Part shown: positions 1-10,050 of the stretch, piece by piece | Numbering within the stretch: the stretch's first letter is position 1 | Layout of the letters: the number at the start of each line of letters is the position of its first letter | IMG/VR virus record: IMGVR_UViG_3300033145_001793 | Location: 1 to 40,083 of that record | From: a virus | Lineage: Duplodnaviria > Caudoviricetes | Length of the DNA stretch: 40,083 nucleotides | Reading direction: 5' to 3' (one strand) | The notes under the pieces: generated by a model | What the model was told of the DNA's origin: nothing | What the model saw: the letters and a program-made list of their open reading frames with translations, nothing else | Database searches by the model: none | Made by a program: the position numbers and the translations under genes

Positions 1-43
1 GGTTTCTGTGAATTTTCGGGAAATTGGTTAAGGAGGGATAACG

Positions 44-538
44 ATGAAAGGGAGAAAACCAAAGCCAACAAAACTGCATATTTTGAACGGAAATCCGTCA
101 AAGAAGAACCTTGATACAAACGAACCAAAACCCAAGCCAGCCCCCGGACCACCCAAACCACCATCATGGATGTGTACCGAAGCCAAGAAGGAATGGAAAA
201 GGATAGTCCCCGAGCTTCATAGGCTGGGGCTTTTGACTATAGTGGACGAAGCAGCCCTGGCAAACTACTGCCAGGCATACGGCCACTGGGTCCAGGCAGA
301 AAAAGCTATCAAGAAATACTGGAAGGAGAACAAGAAGCTGACATACACATACGTAAACAAAAATGGATATGCCAATGAAGTACCCATCCCTGAGATAACC
401 ATTGCACAGAAATACCAGAATATCATAAAAGCATTCTGTGCTGAGTTCGGACTAACTCCTTCAAGTCGTTCTCGAATGACCCTACCTTCAGAAAAGGAGG
501 AAGACGAATTTGATAAATTGTTAGACAGCAGGTGGTGA
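44..538 (+). CDS. terS: Terminase small subunit (P27 family)
   Basis: N-terminal GRKPKPT..GNP motif, C-terminal EFGLTPSSRSR motif, directly upstream of TerL. Confidence 0.92.
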   Translation: MKGRKPKPTKLHILNGNPSKKNLDTNEPKPKPAPGPPKPPSWMCTEAKKEWKRIVPELHRLGLLTIVDEAALANYCQAYGHWVQAEKAIKKYWKENKKLTYTYVNKNGYANEVPIPEITIAQKYQNIIKAFCAEFGLTPSSRSRMTLPSEKEEDEFDKLLDSRW

Positions 539-541
539 TAA

Positions 542-2098
542 ATGCCGTATAACAAAGAGAAAGCTGACAGGGCAGTAAAATTTATAAAATTGCTCAAGCA
601 TACAAAGGGGCGTTGGGCAGGTGTCCCTTTCAATTTACAACCATGGCAGGAAAATGAAATAATAAGGCCCTTATTTGGGACCGTTACCCCTGAAGGCTAC
701 CGGCAATACAGAACTGCATTTGTCGAAGTGGCCCGAAAAAACGGAAAGAGTGAACTGGCGGCAGCAATAGCGTTATATTTACTTTTTGCCGACGGCGAAT
801 ATGGCGCTGAAATTTACTCGGCCGCAGCTGACCGCGACCAGGCCAGCATAGTTTTTAACATAGCTGCGCAAATGGTTCGGCAGTCACCGGCACTGTCAAA
901 GCGGTGCAAGATTATTGACAGCCAAAAAAGGATTGTGTTTTACAAAACGAACAGTTTTTACCGTGCCATATCTGCAGATGCATATAGCAAGCATGGCTAT
1001 AACGCCCATGCCGTAATATATGATGAACTTCACGCAGCGCCGAATCGTGAGCTTTGGGACGTTCTGACAACAAGCATGGGGGCCAGAACGCAGCCTTTAA
1101 TGCTGGCAATTACTACTGCTGGTTATGACCAGAATTCGATATGCTATGAACAATATGAATATGCAAAGAAGGTTTTAGGCGGGACGATTAAAGACCCGTC
1201 TTTTTTCGTATATATCAAAGAAGCCAGCACAGAAGATGACTGGAAAGACCCCGAAACTTGGGCAAAAGCTAATCCTAATCTTGATATAACGATAAACAAG
1301 AAATTTCTAGAACAGGAATGCCAAAAAGCGCAGGAGATACCTGCGTATCAAAACACATTTAAAAGGCTATATCTGAACATATGGACACAGCAGGCAGACA
1401 GATGGCTAGACCTTGATATGTGGGACAGCAATTATAAATACGATATAAACGAAGATGATTTGGCCGGCAAAATATGCTATGGCGGTTTAGACCTATCAAG
1501 CGTAAACGATCTGACAGCATGGGCACTGGTCTTTCCTAAAGAAGATGACCCGGAGGAAGTGGATGTACTTTGTCGTTTTTGGTGTCCGACCGCAAGGCTG
1601 CATGACAGCCGGAACAAATACAAAGACCAATATGTTAAATGGGCGCAGGAAGGCTGGCTTACTGCAACGCCTGGGGATGCGGTAGATTATTCGTTCGTAA
1701 AGAAACAAATTCTTGAAGATGCAGAAAAGTTTAATCTTGTAGATTTCAACGTAGACCGATTATTTCAGGCTCATCAGCTATCAATTGAGCTGATGAAAGA
1801 AGGGCTGAATGTAGTTAGCATGGGGCAGGGGTTTATGAGCATGGCAACACCTACAAAGGAGTTAGAGCGAAGATTGATTGCAAGGAAGATAAACCACGGA
1901 AACAATCCTGTTTTGAGATGGATGGCTGACAACGTGGCAGTAAAACAGGACCCTGCCGGAAACTTAAAGCCGGATAAAGCAAATTCTCAAGGGAAGATAG
2001 ATGGCATTGTGGCACTTATTATGGCGTTAGACAGAGCAATGAGGCATGAAAAGCCTGAAAGATCCGTCTATGAAGATAGGGGGATACTTGTGTTATGA
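542..2098 (+). CDS. terL: Terminase large subunit (Terminase_1, cos/HK97-like)
   Basis: Walker A ARKNGKS, Walker B IYDELH, nuclease motifs GLDLSSVNDL and KIDGIVA. Confidence 0.96.
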   Translation: MPYNKEKADRAVKFIKLLKHTKGRWAGVPFNLQPWQENEIIRPLFGTVTPEGYRQYRTAFVEVARKNGKSELAAAIALYLLFADGEYGAEIYSAAADRDQASIVFNIAAQMVRQSPALSKRCKIIDSQKRIVFYKTNSFYRAISADAYSKHGYNAHAVIYDELHAAPNRELWDVLTTSMGARTQPLMLAITTAGYDQNSICYEQYEYAKKVLGGTIKDPSFFVYIKEASTEDDWKDPETWAKANPNLDITINKKFLEQECQKAQEIPAYQNTFKRLYLNIWTQQADRWLDLDMWDSNYKYDINEDDLAGKICYGGLDLSSVNDLTAWALVFPKEDDPEEVDVLCRFWCPTARLHDSRNKYKDQYVKWAQEGWLTATPGDAVDYSFVKKQILEDAEKFNLVDFNVDRLFQAHQLSIELMKEGLNVVSMGQGFMSMATPTKELERRLIARKINHGNNPVLRWMADNVAVKQDPAGNLKPDKANSQGKIDGIVALIMALDRAMRHEKPERSVYEDRGILVL

Positions 2099-4098
2099 AA
2101 ATAAAGATACCCTTTACAAACCGCTTTATAGAGATACGGTCAACGCTGGCAAATCCGCAGCAGTGGCTTATAGACTGGTTTGCCGGCGGAGGAACTTCCG
2201 TATCTGGGGTTACTGTGAATGAAAATACTGCAATGAACGTTACTGCCGTATATGCAGCAGTGGATATACTTGCGAGGACGCTTGCCTCATTGCCCCTGCC
2301 TGTGTACCGTAGGCTGAAGCCGAGGGGCAAAGAGAGAGCATATGACCATCCGCTGTATGAGGTGCTCCATAACCAGCCCAACCCTGAGATGACTAGCTTT
2401 GAGTTCCGGCAAGCGTTGATGGGGCACCTGGCACTATGGGGGAACTGCTTTGCGGAAATAGAGAGAAACAGAGCAGGAGATGTTGTTGCCCTGTGGCTGC
2501 TGAGGCCGGACAGGATGATGATTAAGAGGGACAGCAGGGGCCTTTTATACGTGTACACACTCCCTGAAGGGAAGCAGGCAGGATTAAGGCAGTACCAGGT
2601 AATGCACATACGCGGTCTGTCATCTGATGGTGTTGTTGGTTATTCCCCTATAAGGCTTGCGAGGGAAACTATTGGGCTTGCACTTGCGACGCAGGAGTAC
2701 GGGGCAAGGTTTTTCAGCAACGATGCAAGGCCTGGCGGGGTGCTTCAGTACCCGGGGAAGCTGAGCGAAAAAGCGAAGAAAAACCTTAGGCAGTCATGGG
2801 AAGAGCGATATTCCGGGCTGAGCAATGCCCACAGGGTGGCGATACTGGAAGAAGGCGTCACATGGCAACAAGTTGGGATACCTCCGGAGGATGCCCAGTT
2901 TTTGGATACAAGAAAGTTTCAGATAGAGGAAATTGCAAGGATATACCACGTGCCGCCGCACCTGCTAGGCGACCTTTCTCGTTCGACGTATTCAAACATA
3001 GAGCAGCAGAGCATTGAATTCGTTGTCCATACCATGAGACCATGGCTGGTGTGCTGGGAACAAGCGATAAGGCGAGATTTATTCACCACTGAAGAAAGAA
3101 AGCAGTACTTTGCCGAATTTCTCGTTGAAGGCCTGCTTCGTGGAGATACTGAAAGCCGTTACAAAGCCTATGCCATAGGCCGCCAAAACGGCTGGCTCTC
3201 TGCCGACGACATCAGAGAACTGGAAAACATGAATCCGCTGCCTGACGGGCAGGGCAAAGTCTACCTGGTGCCGCTGAACATGATTCCAGCAAACATGGTT
3301 GGAACGGAAGAACAGACCAGGATGCTTGCCAAATCCTTAGAAACTAGAAACGCTCATTCCGAAGGAGCAGGACAGGGAGCAGAAAAGCGAAGCATGCCTG
3401 TGAGAGCAAAAAGACCGGAGCAGTATTATACAGTATTCAAGGCGGCGGCTGAAAGGCTGGTTAGATGGGAAATAAGCGAAATAAGAAAGCTGGTGCGAAA
3501 GCACTTGAAACGAAACACTAGGGATATAAGCACGTTTAATACAGAGTTGGACGCCTGGTATACAAGAGACGCGACGAAAGAACGAATGAGAAAATACATG
3601 CTGCCGGTAATATTATCTTATACTTCTGTTATCGCTGCTGACGCGGAAGAAGAAGTGGGCGGTGAGTTAACTCAAGGTTGGACAGACGTACAGGCTAATG
3701 GCTACACGGAGATATATATCCGTGAGCATATTGACAGTTCAAAAGGGCAGATACAGGCACTGGCGAGAGAACCCGAGCCGGAAACAACAATAAACGAAAG
3801 GTTAGACGAATGGGAAGAAAAACGGCCAGATAAAATAGCTAAATGGGAAACAGTAAATGCAGCTGGAGTGTTTGCGAGATTGGCGTTTGCGGCGTTAGGT
3901 GTGCGATATTTGCGATGGAGAACAAGTACTAACCCATGCCCGTATTGCCAGAGTATGGACGGTAAAGTAGTTGGTATAAACAGTGCATTTGCACTTGGAA
4001 ATGTAGAGGCTGAAGGCGAGCCGCCGATGAGGTTGTTTAAAACCCCCAAGAATCCACCCCTGCACCAGGGGTGTTCGTGTTATATAGAACCAGCATAG
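2095..4098 (+). CDS. HK97-family portal protein with C-terminal MuF/SPP1 gp7-like domain
   Basis: About 400 aa of HK97 portal motifs (PNPEMT, GYSPI, IARIYHVPP, R.LENM.P), then ~265 aa ending in CPYC...PPLHQGCSC. Confidence 0.88.
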   Translation: MKIKIPFTNRFIEIRSTLANPQQWLIDWFAGGGTSVSGVTVNENTAMNVTAVYAAVDILARTLASLPLPVYRRLKPRGKERAYDHPLYEVLHNQPNPEMTSFEFRQALMGHLALWGNCFAEIERNRAGDVVALWLLRPDRMMIKRDSRGLLYVYTLPEGKQAGLRQYQVMHIRGLSSDGVVGYSPIRLARETIGLALATQEYGARFFSNDARPGGVLQYPGKLSEKAKKNLRQSWEERYSGLSNAHRVAILEEGVTWQQVGIPPEDAQFLDTRKFQIEEIARIYHVPPHLLGDLSRSTYSNIEQQSIEFVVHTMRPWLVCWEQAIRRDLFTTEERKQYFAEFLVEGLLRGDTESRYKAYAIGRQNGWLSADDIRELENMNPLPDGQGKVYLVPLNMIPANMVGTEEQTRMLAKSLETRNAHSEGAGQGAEKRSMPVRAKRPEQYYTVFKAAAERLVRWEISEIRKLVRKHLKRNTRDISTFNTELDAWYTRDATKERMRKYMLPVILSYTSVIAADAEEEVGGELTQGWTDVQANGYTEIYIREHIDSSKGQIQALAREPEPETTINERLDEWEEKRPDKIAKWETVNAAGVFARLAFAALGVRYLRWRTSTNPCPYCQSMDGKVVGINSAFALGNVEAEGEPPMRLFKTPKNPPLHQGCSCYIEPA

Positions 4099-4113
4099 AA
4101 AGGGAGTGAAAAA

Positions 4114-5103
4114 ATGCCTGCAATACCAGTGCATCATACGGAAACAAGCGATAAGTCCTGGGACGGTCCGGCCAACGAAGCCAGGCTAAAAACGGACCAG
4201 GATTACAGTTATTACCGCAGGGCTTATGCATGGCGCGACCCTGAAGGAGATGAAAGTAATAAAAGCACATACAAATTTATACACCATGAGGTAGACAGTG
4301 AGGGAAATCCTGGACCTGCTAATGTCAGAGCATGCATAACAGGAATAGCAGTTTTGAATGGTGCAAGAGGAGGGACAACAATTCCCGAAGCAGATTATCA
4401 AGGAGTGTATAATCACCTGGCAGCGCACTTGAGAGATGCTGACGTTGAGCCACCGGAATTGAAACGGTCCGGCAGCAGTAAAGTTGAACACAGGTCTTTC
4501 ATGCTGGGCAATGTAGAAATAAGAGCAGGAGAACAAGACCAGCCAAAGATTGTAGGACATGCGGCTGTATTTAATACATTATCCGAGGACCTTGGTTTTT
4601 ATCGTGAAAAAATAGCGCCAGGTGCATTTGCCAAAACAATTCAGGAAGCAGACGTTAGGGCGCTGTTTAACCATGACCCAAACTTTGTTTTAGGCAGAAC
4701 AAAAAGCGGAACGTTAAAACTTTCAGAAGACGAAAAAGGGCTTTGGGTTGAAATTATACCTCCAAATACGCAATGGGCGCGTGACTTAATGGAAGTTATG
4801 CGCCGCGGTGATGTCGACCAAATGAGCTTTGGATTTCAAGTCGTGAAAGAGGAATGGGAGGGCGACGCTAACAACCCTGTTCGTGTGCTTAAAGAAGTGA
4901 AATTATATGATGTTAGTCCAGTAGTATTTCCTGCATATTCTGCAACAGATGTGCAGGTGCGCTCATTGTTGAACATATTACGCGACTATCTCCCTGCCGA
5001 GCCGAGCCTGGATGCTCACTCGGCTAAAGCTGGCGAGGATAAGGCCCTGGCCGGTCTGGATATCCTGCGCAAGCGATTGGAGATAGCAGAAAAAGAAATT
5101 TAG
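4114..5103 (+). CDS. HK97-family prohead protease (U35/S78) with N-terminal extra domain
   Basis: GHAAVFN, LFNHD, MSFGF and DVSPVVFPAY motifs start after residue ~125. Confidence 0.92.
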   Translation: MPAIPVHHTETSDKSWDGPANEARLKTDQDYSYYRRAYAWRDPEGDESNKSTYKFIHHEVDSEGNPGPANVRACITGIAVLNGARGGTTIPEADYQGVYNHLAAHLRDADVEPPELKRSGSSKVEHRSFMLGNVEIRAGEQDQPKIVGHAAVFNTLSEDLGFYREKIAPGAFAKTIQEADVRALFNHDPNFVLGRTKSGTLKLSEDEKGLWVEIIPPNTQWARDLMEVMRRGDVDQMSFGFQVVKEEWEGDANNPVRVLKEVKLYDVSPVVFPAYSATDVQVRSLLNILRDYLPAEPSLDAHSAKAGEDKALAGLDILRKRLEIAEKEI

Positions 5104-5117
5104 GAGGGTGATCTAGC

Positions 5118-6341
5118 ATGGATAAAATACTTGAAATGAGACAGGAAAGAGCGAAACTCATAAAACAGGCTCGCGACCTTGTAGATAAGGCTGAAGCCGA
5201 AAAGCGCAGTCTTTCTGCAGAGGAAGAAGAGCAGTACAAAAAAATTATGGATGATGTCGAAGAACTGCGAAAAAAAATTGAGAAGGAAGAACAACTAAGG
5301 AAATTGGAAGGAGACCTTAAGAAGTCTCAAGGCACTGTTGCCGGCGGCAAAGAGCCTGTTGGCGATGATGACCGCGCCCAGCAGGATAAGGAAGTCCGTG
5401 CGGCATTCAATAAGTTCCTGCGCGGCGGGATTAACGTCCTGAATGTCGCGGAGATACGCGCATTACAGGCTGATAGCGATATAGCAGGCGGTTATATCGT
5501 AGCACCGCAGCAATTCGTGAATCAGCTAATCAAAGGTGTTGACGACCAGGTATTTATCAGGCAGTGGGCGACGAAGTTTGCCGTAGCGAAAGCTGAAAGC
5601 TTGGGCGTTCCTGCATTAACCGCTGATCCTGCCGATGCAGATTGGACTTCAGAGCTTGCTACCGGAAACGAAGACAGCACAATGGAATTTGGCAAGCGTG
5701 AACTGCATCCGCACCCGCTAGCAAAGCGAATCAAAGTATCTAATAAACTTTTAAGACAGGCCGTAATCGATCCTGAAGCATTGGTAAGAGACAGGCTCGC
5801 GTATAAATTTGGCGTAACCGAAGAAAAGGCGCACCTTACCGGCTCCGGAGCGGGGCAGCCGCTTGGGGTGTTTACCGCCTCCAGTGACGGTATCAGCACC
5901 AGCAGGGACTACAGCACAGGCAACGAGGCAACCAGCATCAAGTTTGATGGCCTGATTGGTGCAAAATTCACACTTAAGCAGCAGTATTGGCCCAGGGCAA
6001 GGTGGCTGTTCCACAGGGATGCTGTAGCGCAGATAGCGAAACTTAAAGACGGCAACGGGCAGTATATCTGGCGTGAAAGTGTGAGGGTAGGCGAGCCTGA
6101 TAGGTTGCTTGGACTCCCTGTTTACATGAGTGAATACGTGCCTAACACCTTCACCACCGGTAAATACGTCGGTATTCTAGGCGATTTCAGCTTTTACTGG
6201 ATTGTTGATGCGCTAGACATGCAGATACAGCGTCTGGTTGAGCTTTACGCAGAATACAACCAGGTAGGCTTTATCGGCAGGCGCGAGCTTGACGGTATGC
6301 CAGTGCTAGAAGAAGCATTTGTCAGGGTAACCTTGGCGTAA
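5118..6341 (+). CDS. Major capsid protein, HK97 fold with N-terminal coiled-coil delta domain
   Basis: Coiled-coil N-terminus, GGYIVAPQ, LKDGNGQYIW, LLGLPV, GDFS motifs; follows the protease. Confidence 0.95.
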   Translation: MDKILEMRQERAKLIKQARDLVDKAEAEKRSLSAEEEEQYKKIMDDVEELRKKIEKEEQLRKLEGDLKKSQGTVAGGKEPVGDDDRAQQDKEVRAAFNKFLRGGINVLNVAEIRALQADSDIAGGYIVAPQQFVNQLIKGVDDQVFIRQWATKFAVAKAESLGVPALTADPADADWTSELATGNEDSTMEFGKRELHPHPLAKRIKVSNKLLRQAVIDPEALVRDRLAYKFGVTEEKAHLTGSGAGQPLGVFTASSDGISTSRDYSTGNEATSIKFDGLIGAKFTLKQQYWPRARWLFHRDAVAQIAKLKDGNGQYIWRESVRVGEPDRLLGLPVYMSEYVPNTFTTGKYVGILGDFSFYWIVDALDMQIQRLVELYAEYNQVGFIGRRELDGMPVLEEAFVRVTLA

Positions 6342-6352
6342 GGAGGATGATA

Positions 6353-6802
6353 AACATGCTGCTTACTAAGAATATTAAAATCAGGGAAGTTTGTGCTCCC
6401 ATTTCTGCTGCTAACAATACAGATCAAAATACAGATATACTAGATATGCAGAATTGGGACGGAGTGGTTTTTATTACACCGATTACCGACAGCGTAGCAA
6501 ACGGCGTGGCAAAAATTCAGGTGGAGCAAAATACATCTAATTCTGATACCGGGATGGCTGCACTTTCAGGCGCATATGCGACGGCAACAAGCGCAGAGAA
6601 CGACGACTTAAACAATACTTTGCTTGTTGTGGATGTTTATAGACCACGCGAAAGATACGTGCAGGCTGCGATTACTTCGACTACTGCAAATATTGCATTC
6701 GGAACAACAATTGCAATCCAGTACAAAGGGCGCAAATTCCCAATCACACAAGACTCTACAATACAGGATATAGCGCAGGTAGTAAGTCCTGCAGAAGCTT
6801 AA
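6353..6802 (+). CDS. Putative capsid decoration / minor structural protein
   Basis: Beta-rich protein directly after the MCP gene, RBS AAGGAGG; exact start uncertain (6347-6356). Confidence 0.55.
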   Translation, partial: NMLLTKNIKIREVCAPISAANNTDQNTDILDMQNWDGVVFITPITDSVANGVAKIQVEQNTSNSDTGMAALSGAYATATSAENDDLNNTLLVVDVYRPRERYVQAAITSTTANIAFGTTIAIQYKGRKFPITQDSTIQDIAQVVSPAEA

Positions 6803-6812
6803 TCGACATGAG

Positions 6813-6841
6813 CAAGGGGGCGGTCTTTTCTGCTCCCTTGT
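6813..6841 (+). terminator. Stem-loop after capsid genes (possible attenuator)
   Basis: CAAGGGGGCGG...CTGCTCCCTTG inverted repeat, weak U-tract. Confidence 0.4.
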
Positions 6842-6860
6842 GTATATTCATTAAGGAGGT

Positions 6861-7469
6861 ATGAACATGGCAGATGCAAGTTATCAATCAAAAGTTTATA
6901 TAAAACAGGATGGTGACGAGCTTGTAATTGCATCAGGTGGTTCTATTGATATAGAATCCGGCGGAGCGTTCAAAATCGGAGGGACAGCAGTCACAGCGAC
7001 AGCAGCAGAAATTAACGAATTGGATTTATCCGCAGTTGGGGCAGTATCAAAGATAAAGAAAATCAACATGACCGCTTCAAGTTTTTCCGATAATTCAGAA
7101 GTTGGCACTGGGTGGAGTCTTCCAGACAATGCGGTTGTTAAGAATGTGTTTATCAGGGTCAATACAGCCGAGCAGACAGCAACGACAAAAACTATTGACG
7201 TTGGAACTGATTCTACTAATGGCGGTGATGCTGACGGTTATCTGGTTGGTGTTTCTGTTGCTTCAACTGGATTGGTAAAGGGCACATTAGACAGTGCAGG
7301 GCAGACTCTTGGAGCATTGCTTTATGTCGATGAGGATGGATCTGGAGCATTAGTCTCTGAAATAGACATTGCAAGTGGCGGTAAAGAAATAACCGTAACT
7401 GCAGGCGATGCAAGCGGATTCAGCGAAGTTGATTTCGACATATTCATTGAATATATTGAAATAGCTTAG
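6861..7469 (+). CDS. Putative virion structural protein (head fibre/decoration-like)
   Basis: G/S/T/A-rich with VTATAAEIN motif, located in head module. Confidence 0.5.
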   Translation: MNMADASYQSKVYIKQDGDELVIASGGSIDIESGGAFKIGGTAVTATAAEINELDLSAVGAVSKIKKINMTASSFSDNSEVGTGWSLPDNAVVKNVFIRVNTAEQTATTKTIDVGTDSTNGGDADGYLVGVSVASTGLVKGTLDSAGQTLGALLYVDEDGSGALVSEIDIASGGKEITVTAGDASGFSEVDFDIFIEYIEIA

Positions 7470-7481
7470 GGGGTAAAAAAA

Positions 7482-7709
7482 ATGAAGGTTAAAATGCTGA
7501 CGACGGCAGCCGGACCAGACGGCGTATGGATGGCCGGGCAGGTGATTGACCTGTCCGACGATATTGCTAAGGTATTTGTAGAAGAAGGATATGCGGAAGT
7601 TATTCAGATACCGAAACCGAAAGCAGTGCCGGTGATTGAAACAGCAGCCATAGAACAGCCGGAAAAGGCTGTCGTATCAAAGAAACCGAAGAAGCGCAAA
7701 AAGAGGTGA
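7482..7709 (+). CDS. Small head-module hypothetical protein
   Basis: ORF with RBS, AGQVIDL..A..FVEEGYAE pattern and basic tail typical of small head-module proteins. Confidence 0.6.
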   Translation: MKVKMLTTAAGPDGVWMAGQVIDLSDDIAKVFVEEGYAEVIQIPKPKAVPVIETAAIEQPEKAVVSKKPKKRKKR

Positions 7710-7714
7710 TATAA

Positions 7715-8299
7715 ATGGCAGATATAAGCACATACGCTCCGAGGTCAGGAAGGTTAATAGACGAGAGTGGTAACACAATCAACATAGCAGAAACAGTTGA
7801 TCCTACGAGAAACGCTTTTGTTTCTATGCCAGTTTTAAACAAACTTATTTTTGATGGTTATGTGTTCTCGGGTTTTGCAAAGTATACGATTACTGCTTCT
7901 GCTACATCATACCTGCAGATAAAAACCGGAGACGATGCTGTTTGTTTTATCGTCGACGCAATTGTAACCAACGGTGACCAGCTGGTTTTAAAACTTTTTG
8001 AAGCTCCTACAGTTACCGATGGAAGTACTGCAGTAGCATTATTAAACCGCAACAGGTCAAGCAGCAACACTGTAGACACGCAGGCATATTCAGACCCGAC
8101 GGGAGTTTCGGGAGGCACACAGCTAGACGAATATTACTTAGGCGGCACATATGGGCAGAAAATAGTAGGAGGAGAGCAATTAGGAACACAGTTACCGCTT
8201 AAATTAGAAACAAATACAGATTACGTTTTAAGTTTAACTAATGATGGGGCATCAGATTCGGATATTTTAATCAGATTTACTATTGTTAAAGATTCATAA
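7715..8299 (+). CDS. Putative structural beta-sandwich protein
   Basis: 194-aa beta-rich ORF flanked by a 15-bp direct repeat. Confidence 0.5.
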   Translation: MADISTYAPRSGRLIDESGNTINIAETVDPTRNAFVSMPVLNKLIFDGYVFSGFAKYTITASATSYLQIKTGDDAVCFIVDAIVTNGDQLVLKLFEAPTVTDGSTAVALLNRNRSSSNTVDTQAYSDPTGVSGGTQLDEYYLGGTYGQKIVGGEQLGTQLPLKLETNTDYVLSLTNDGASDSDILIRFTIVKDS

Positions 8300-8314
8300 A
8301 GGGCGGTGATATAA

Positions 8315-8893
8315 ATGGCCCTGAAATTAATAACCGGACCTACAGTTGAACCGGTAACACTTGAAGAAGCGAAGACACATCTTCGGGTAGATATAACTGA
8401 TGACGACAACCTGATAACGGCTTTGATAAAAACAGCACGTGAATACTGCGAAAACTTTCAAAACAAGGCGTACTATACACAGACTTGGGAACTTGTTTTG
8501 GATAAATTTCCCGCAGAGAACTATATCAAAATACCGAAACCACCTTTGCAGTCTGTAACTTCTGTAATATACAAAGACAACGAAGGCACAGAAACAACGC
8601 TTGACGCATCGAAGTATATCGCTGATACCGATAGCGAACCTGGAAGAATAGTGCTTGCATACGGGGAAAGCTGGCCCAGCTTTACGCCATATCCTGTTGG
8701 TGCTGTGAGGATCCGTTTTACAACCGGCCATGATGATATCAGCAAGGTGCCGCAAATGGTCAAGCAGGCCATGCTTCTTCTCATCGGGCATTGGTATGAA
8801 AACAGAGAGGCTTCTGTAACTGGCGCAATCAGCAGGGAGGTAGAATTTGCCGTCCATGCTCTACTATGGCCTGAAAGGGTTGTTCCGGTATGA
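8315..8893 (+). CDS. Head-tail connector (gp6-like)
   Basis: EPVTLEEAKTHLRVD and AMLLLIGHWYENRE motifs. Confidence 0.9.
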   Translation: MALKLITGPTVEPVTLEEAKTHLRVDITDDDNLITALIKTAREYCENFQNKAYYTQTWELVLDKFPAENYIKIPKPPLQSVTSVIYKDNEGTETTLDASKYIADTDSEPGRIVLAYGESWPSFTPYPVGAVRIRFTTGHDDISKVPQMVKQAMLLLIGHWYENREASVTGAISREVEFAVHALLWPERVVPV

Positions 8894-9213
8894 TACGTGC
8901 TGGCGAATTAAGACACAGGGTAACAATACAGCAAAATAATAATCCCACGAGAGGATCTTCGGGTGAAGAAATACCGAACTGGCAGGATGTAGCGACAGTA
9001 TGGGCTGCCGTAGAACCACTTCGAGGTCGAGAATTCTTTGAATCTCAGCAGGTTAATGCAGAAGTGACAACGAGAATACGAATTCGCTACAGGTCTGGGA
9101 TAGCACCAACAATGCGGGCTGTATATGGAAACAGAATATTCGATATACAGGCCGTAATAAATGTCGATGAACGAAATAGAGAGCTGCATTTGATGTGCAG
9201 GGAGGAAGTATAA
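8890..9213 (+). CDS. Head closure / head-tail adaptor (SPP1 gp16-like)
   Basis: GELRHRVTIQ, VWAAVEPL.GRE, IRIRYR motifs. Confidence 0.9.
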   Translation: MIRAGELRHRVTIQQNNNPTRGSSGEEIPNWQDVATVWAAVEPLRGREFFESQQVNAEVTTRIRIRYRSGIAPTMRAVYGNRIFDIQAVINVDERNRELHLMCREEV

Positions 9214-9642
9214 ATGCTTGAGATAAAACTCAAAGGCAGTAAAGAGCTAGAACGGACAATAAAAAAACTAAGCAGATGTCTTGACCTGAATGAGGTTGAA
9301 AAGGTATTTTTGAAAGGTGCAAAAGTTATAGCAGAAGATGCAAGAAGCAGAGCCCCGAAAGGGCCCACAGGGAACTTGAAAAAAGCAATTGTGGCAAAAA
9401 CACTACAGAGAATCGGGAAAGAACCTGCCCCGGCTATAGTTGCGGTTGACTATCGCAAAGGACCGCATGCTCACCTAGTTGAATTCGGGACGGGACCGAG
9501 ATACCAGAAAAAAACAGGACGATATGTCGGACAGATGCCGGCAAAACCGTTTTTTAGGCCTGCATGGGATAGGAACAAAGATAGAGTGCTTAATAAGATT
9601 GCTGATGAATTAGAGAAAAAAGTTGAAAGGGCGATGAAGTGA
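9214..9642 (+). CDS. HK97 gp10-like tail component
   Basis: AP..TGNLK, HLVEFGT, MPAKPFFRPA motifs. Confidence 0.9.
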   Translation: MLEIKLKGSKELERTIKKLSRCLDLNEVEKVFLKGAKVIAEDARSRAPKGPTGNLKKAIVAKTLQRIGKEPAPAIVAVDYRKGPHAHLVEFGTGPRYQKKTGRYVGQMPAKPFFRPAWDRNKDRVLNKIADELEKKVERAMK

Positions 9643-10049
9643 TGATTATAGAAGAAGTATTATATGCTTATTTGACTAATTGTGCAGGCTTAACAGCACT
9701 TGTCGGGGATAGAATATATCCGATAATTCTCCCCCAAAAAATTTCCTTCCCTGCAGTAACATACCAACGCATAAGCGGGATACGTGAATATTCACAAAGT
9801 GGCCCTTCAGGTTTAGCTCATCCGAGGTTTCAATTTTCGTGCTGGGCTAAAAAATATCAGGAAGCAAAAGCGATTGCAGAACAGGTCCGATTAGCACTTG
9901 ACGGGTACAAAGGAATGATGGGCGGTCCTGATGGTGTGCGGGTTGATGCTGTATATATTGAAGACGACCACGATATTTATGATCCGGAAACTAAAATATA
10001 TCATATTGCCCTAGATGTCGTTATTTGGCACGAGGAGGTGACCGCTTAA
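9639..10049 (+). CDS. Tail terminator (DUF3168-like)
   Basis: LVGDRIYP..LPQ...PAVTY, RFQFSCWA motifs; synteny. Confidence 0.85.
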   Translation: MMIIEEVLYAYLTNCAGLTALVGDRIYPIILPQKISFPAVTYQRISGIREYSQSGPSGLAHPRFQFSCWAKKYQEAKAIAEQVRLALDGYKGMMGGPDGVRVDAVYIEDDHDIYDPETKIYHIALDVVIWHEEVTA

Positions 10050-10050
10050 C

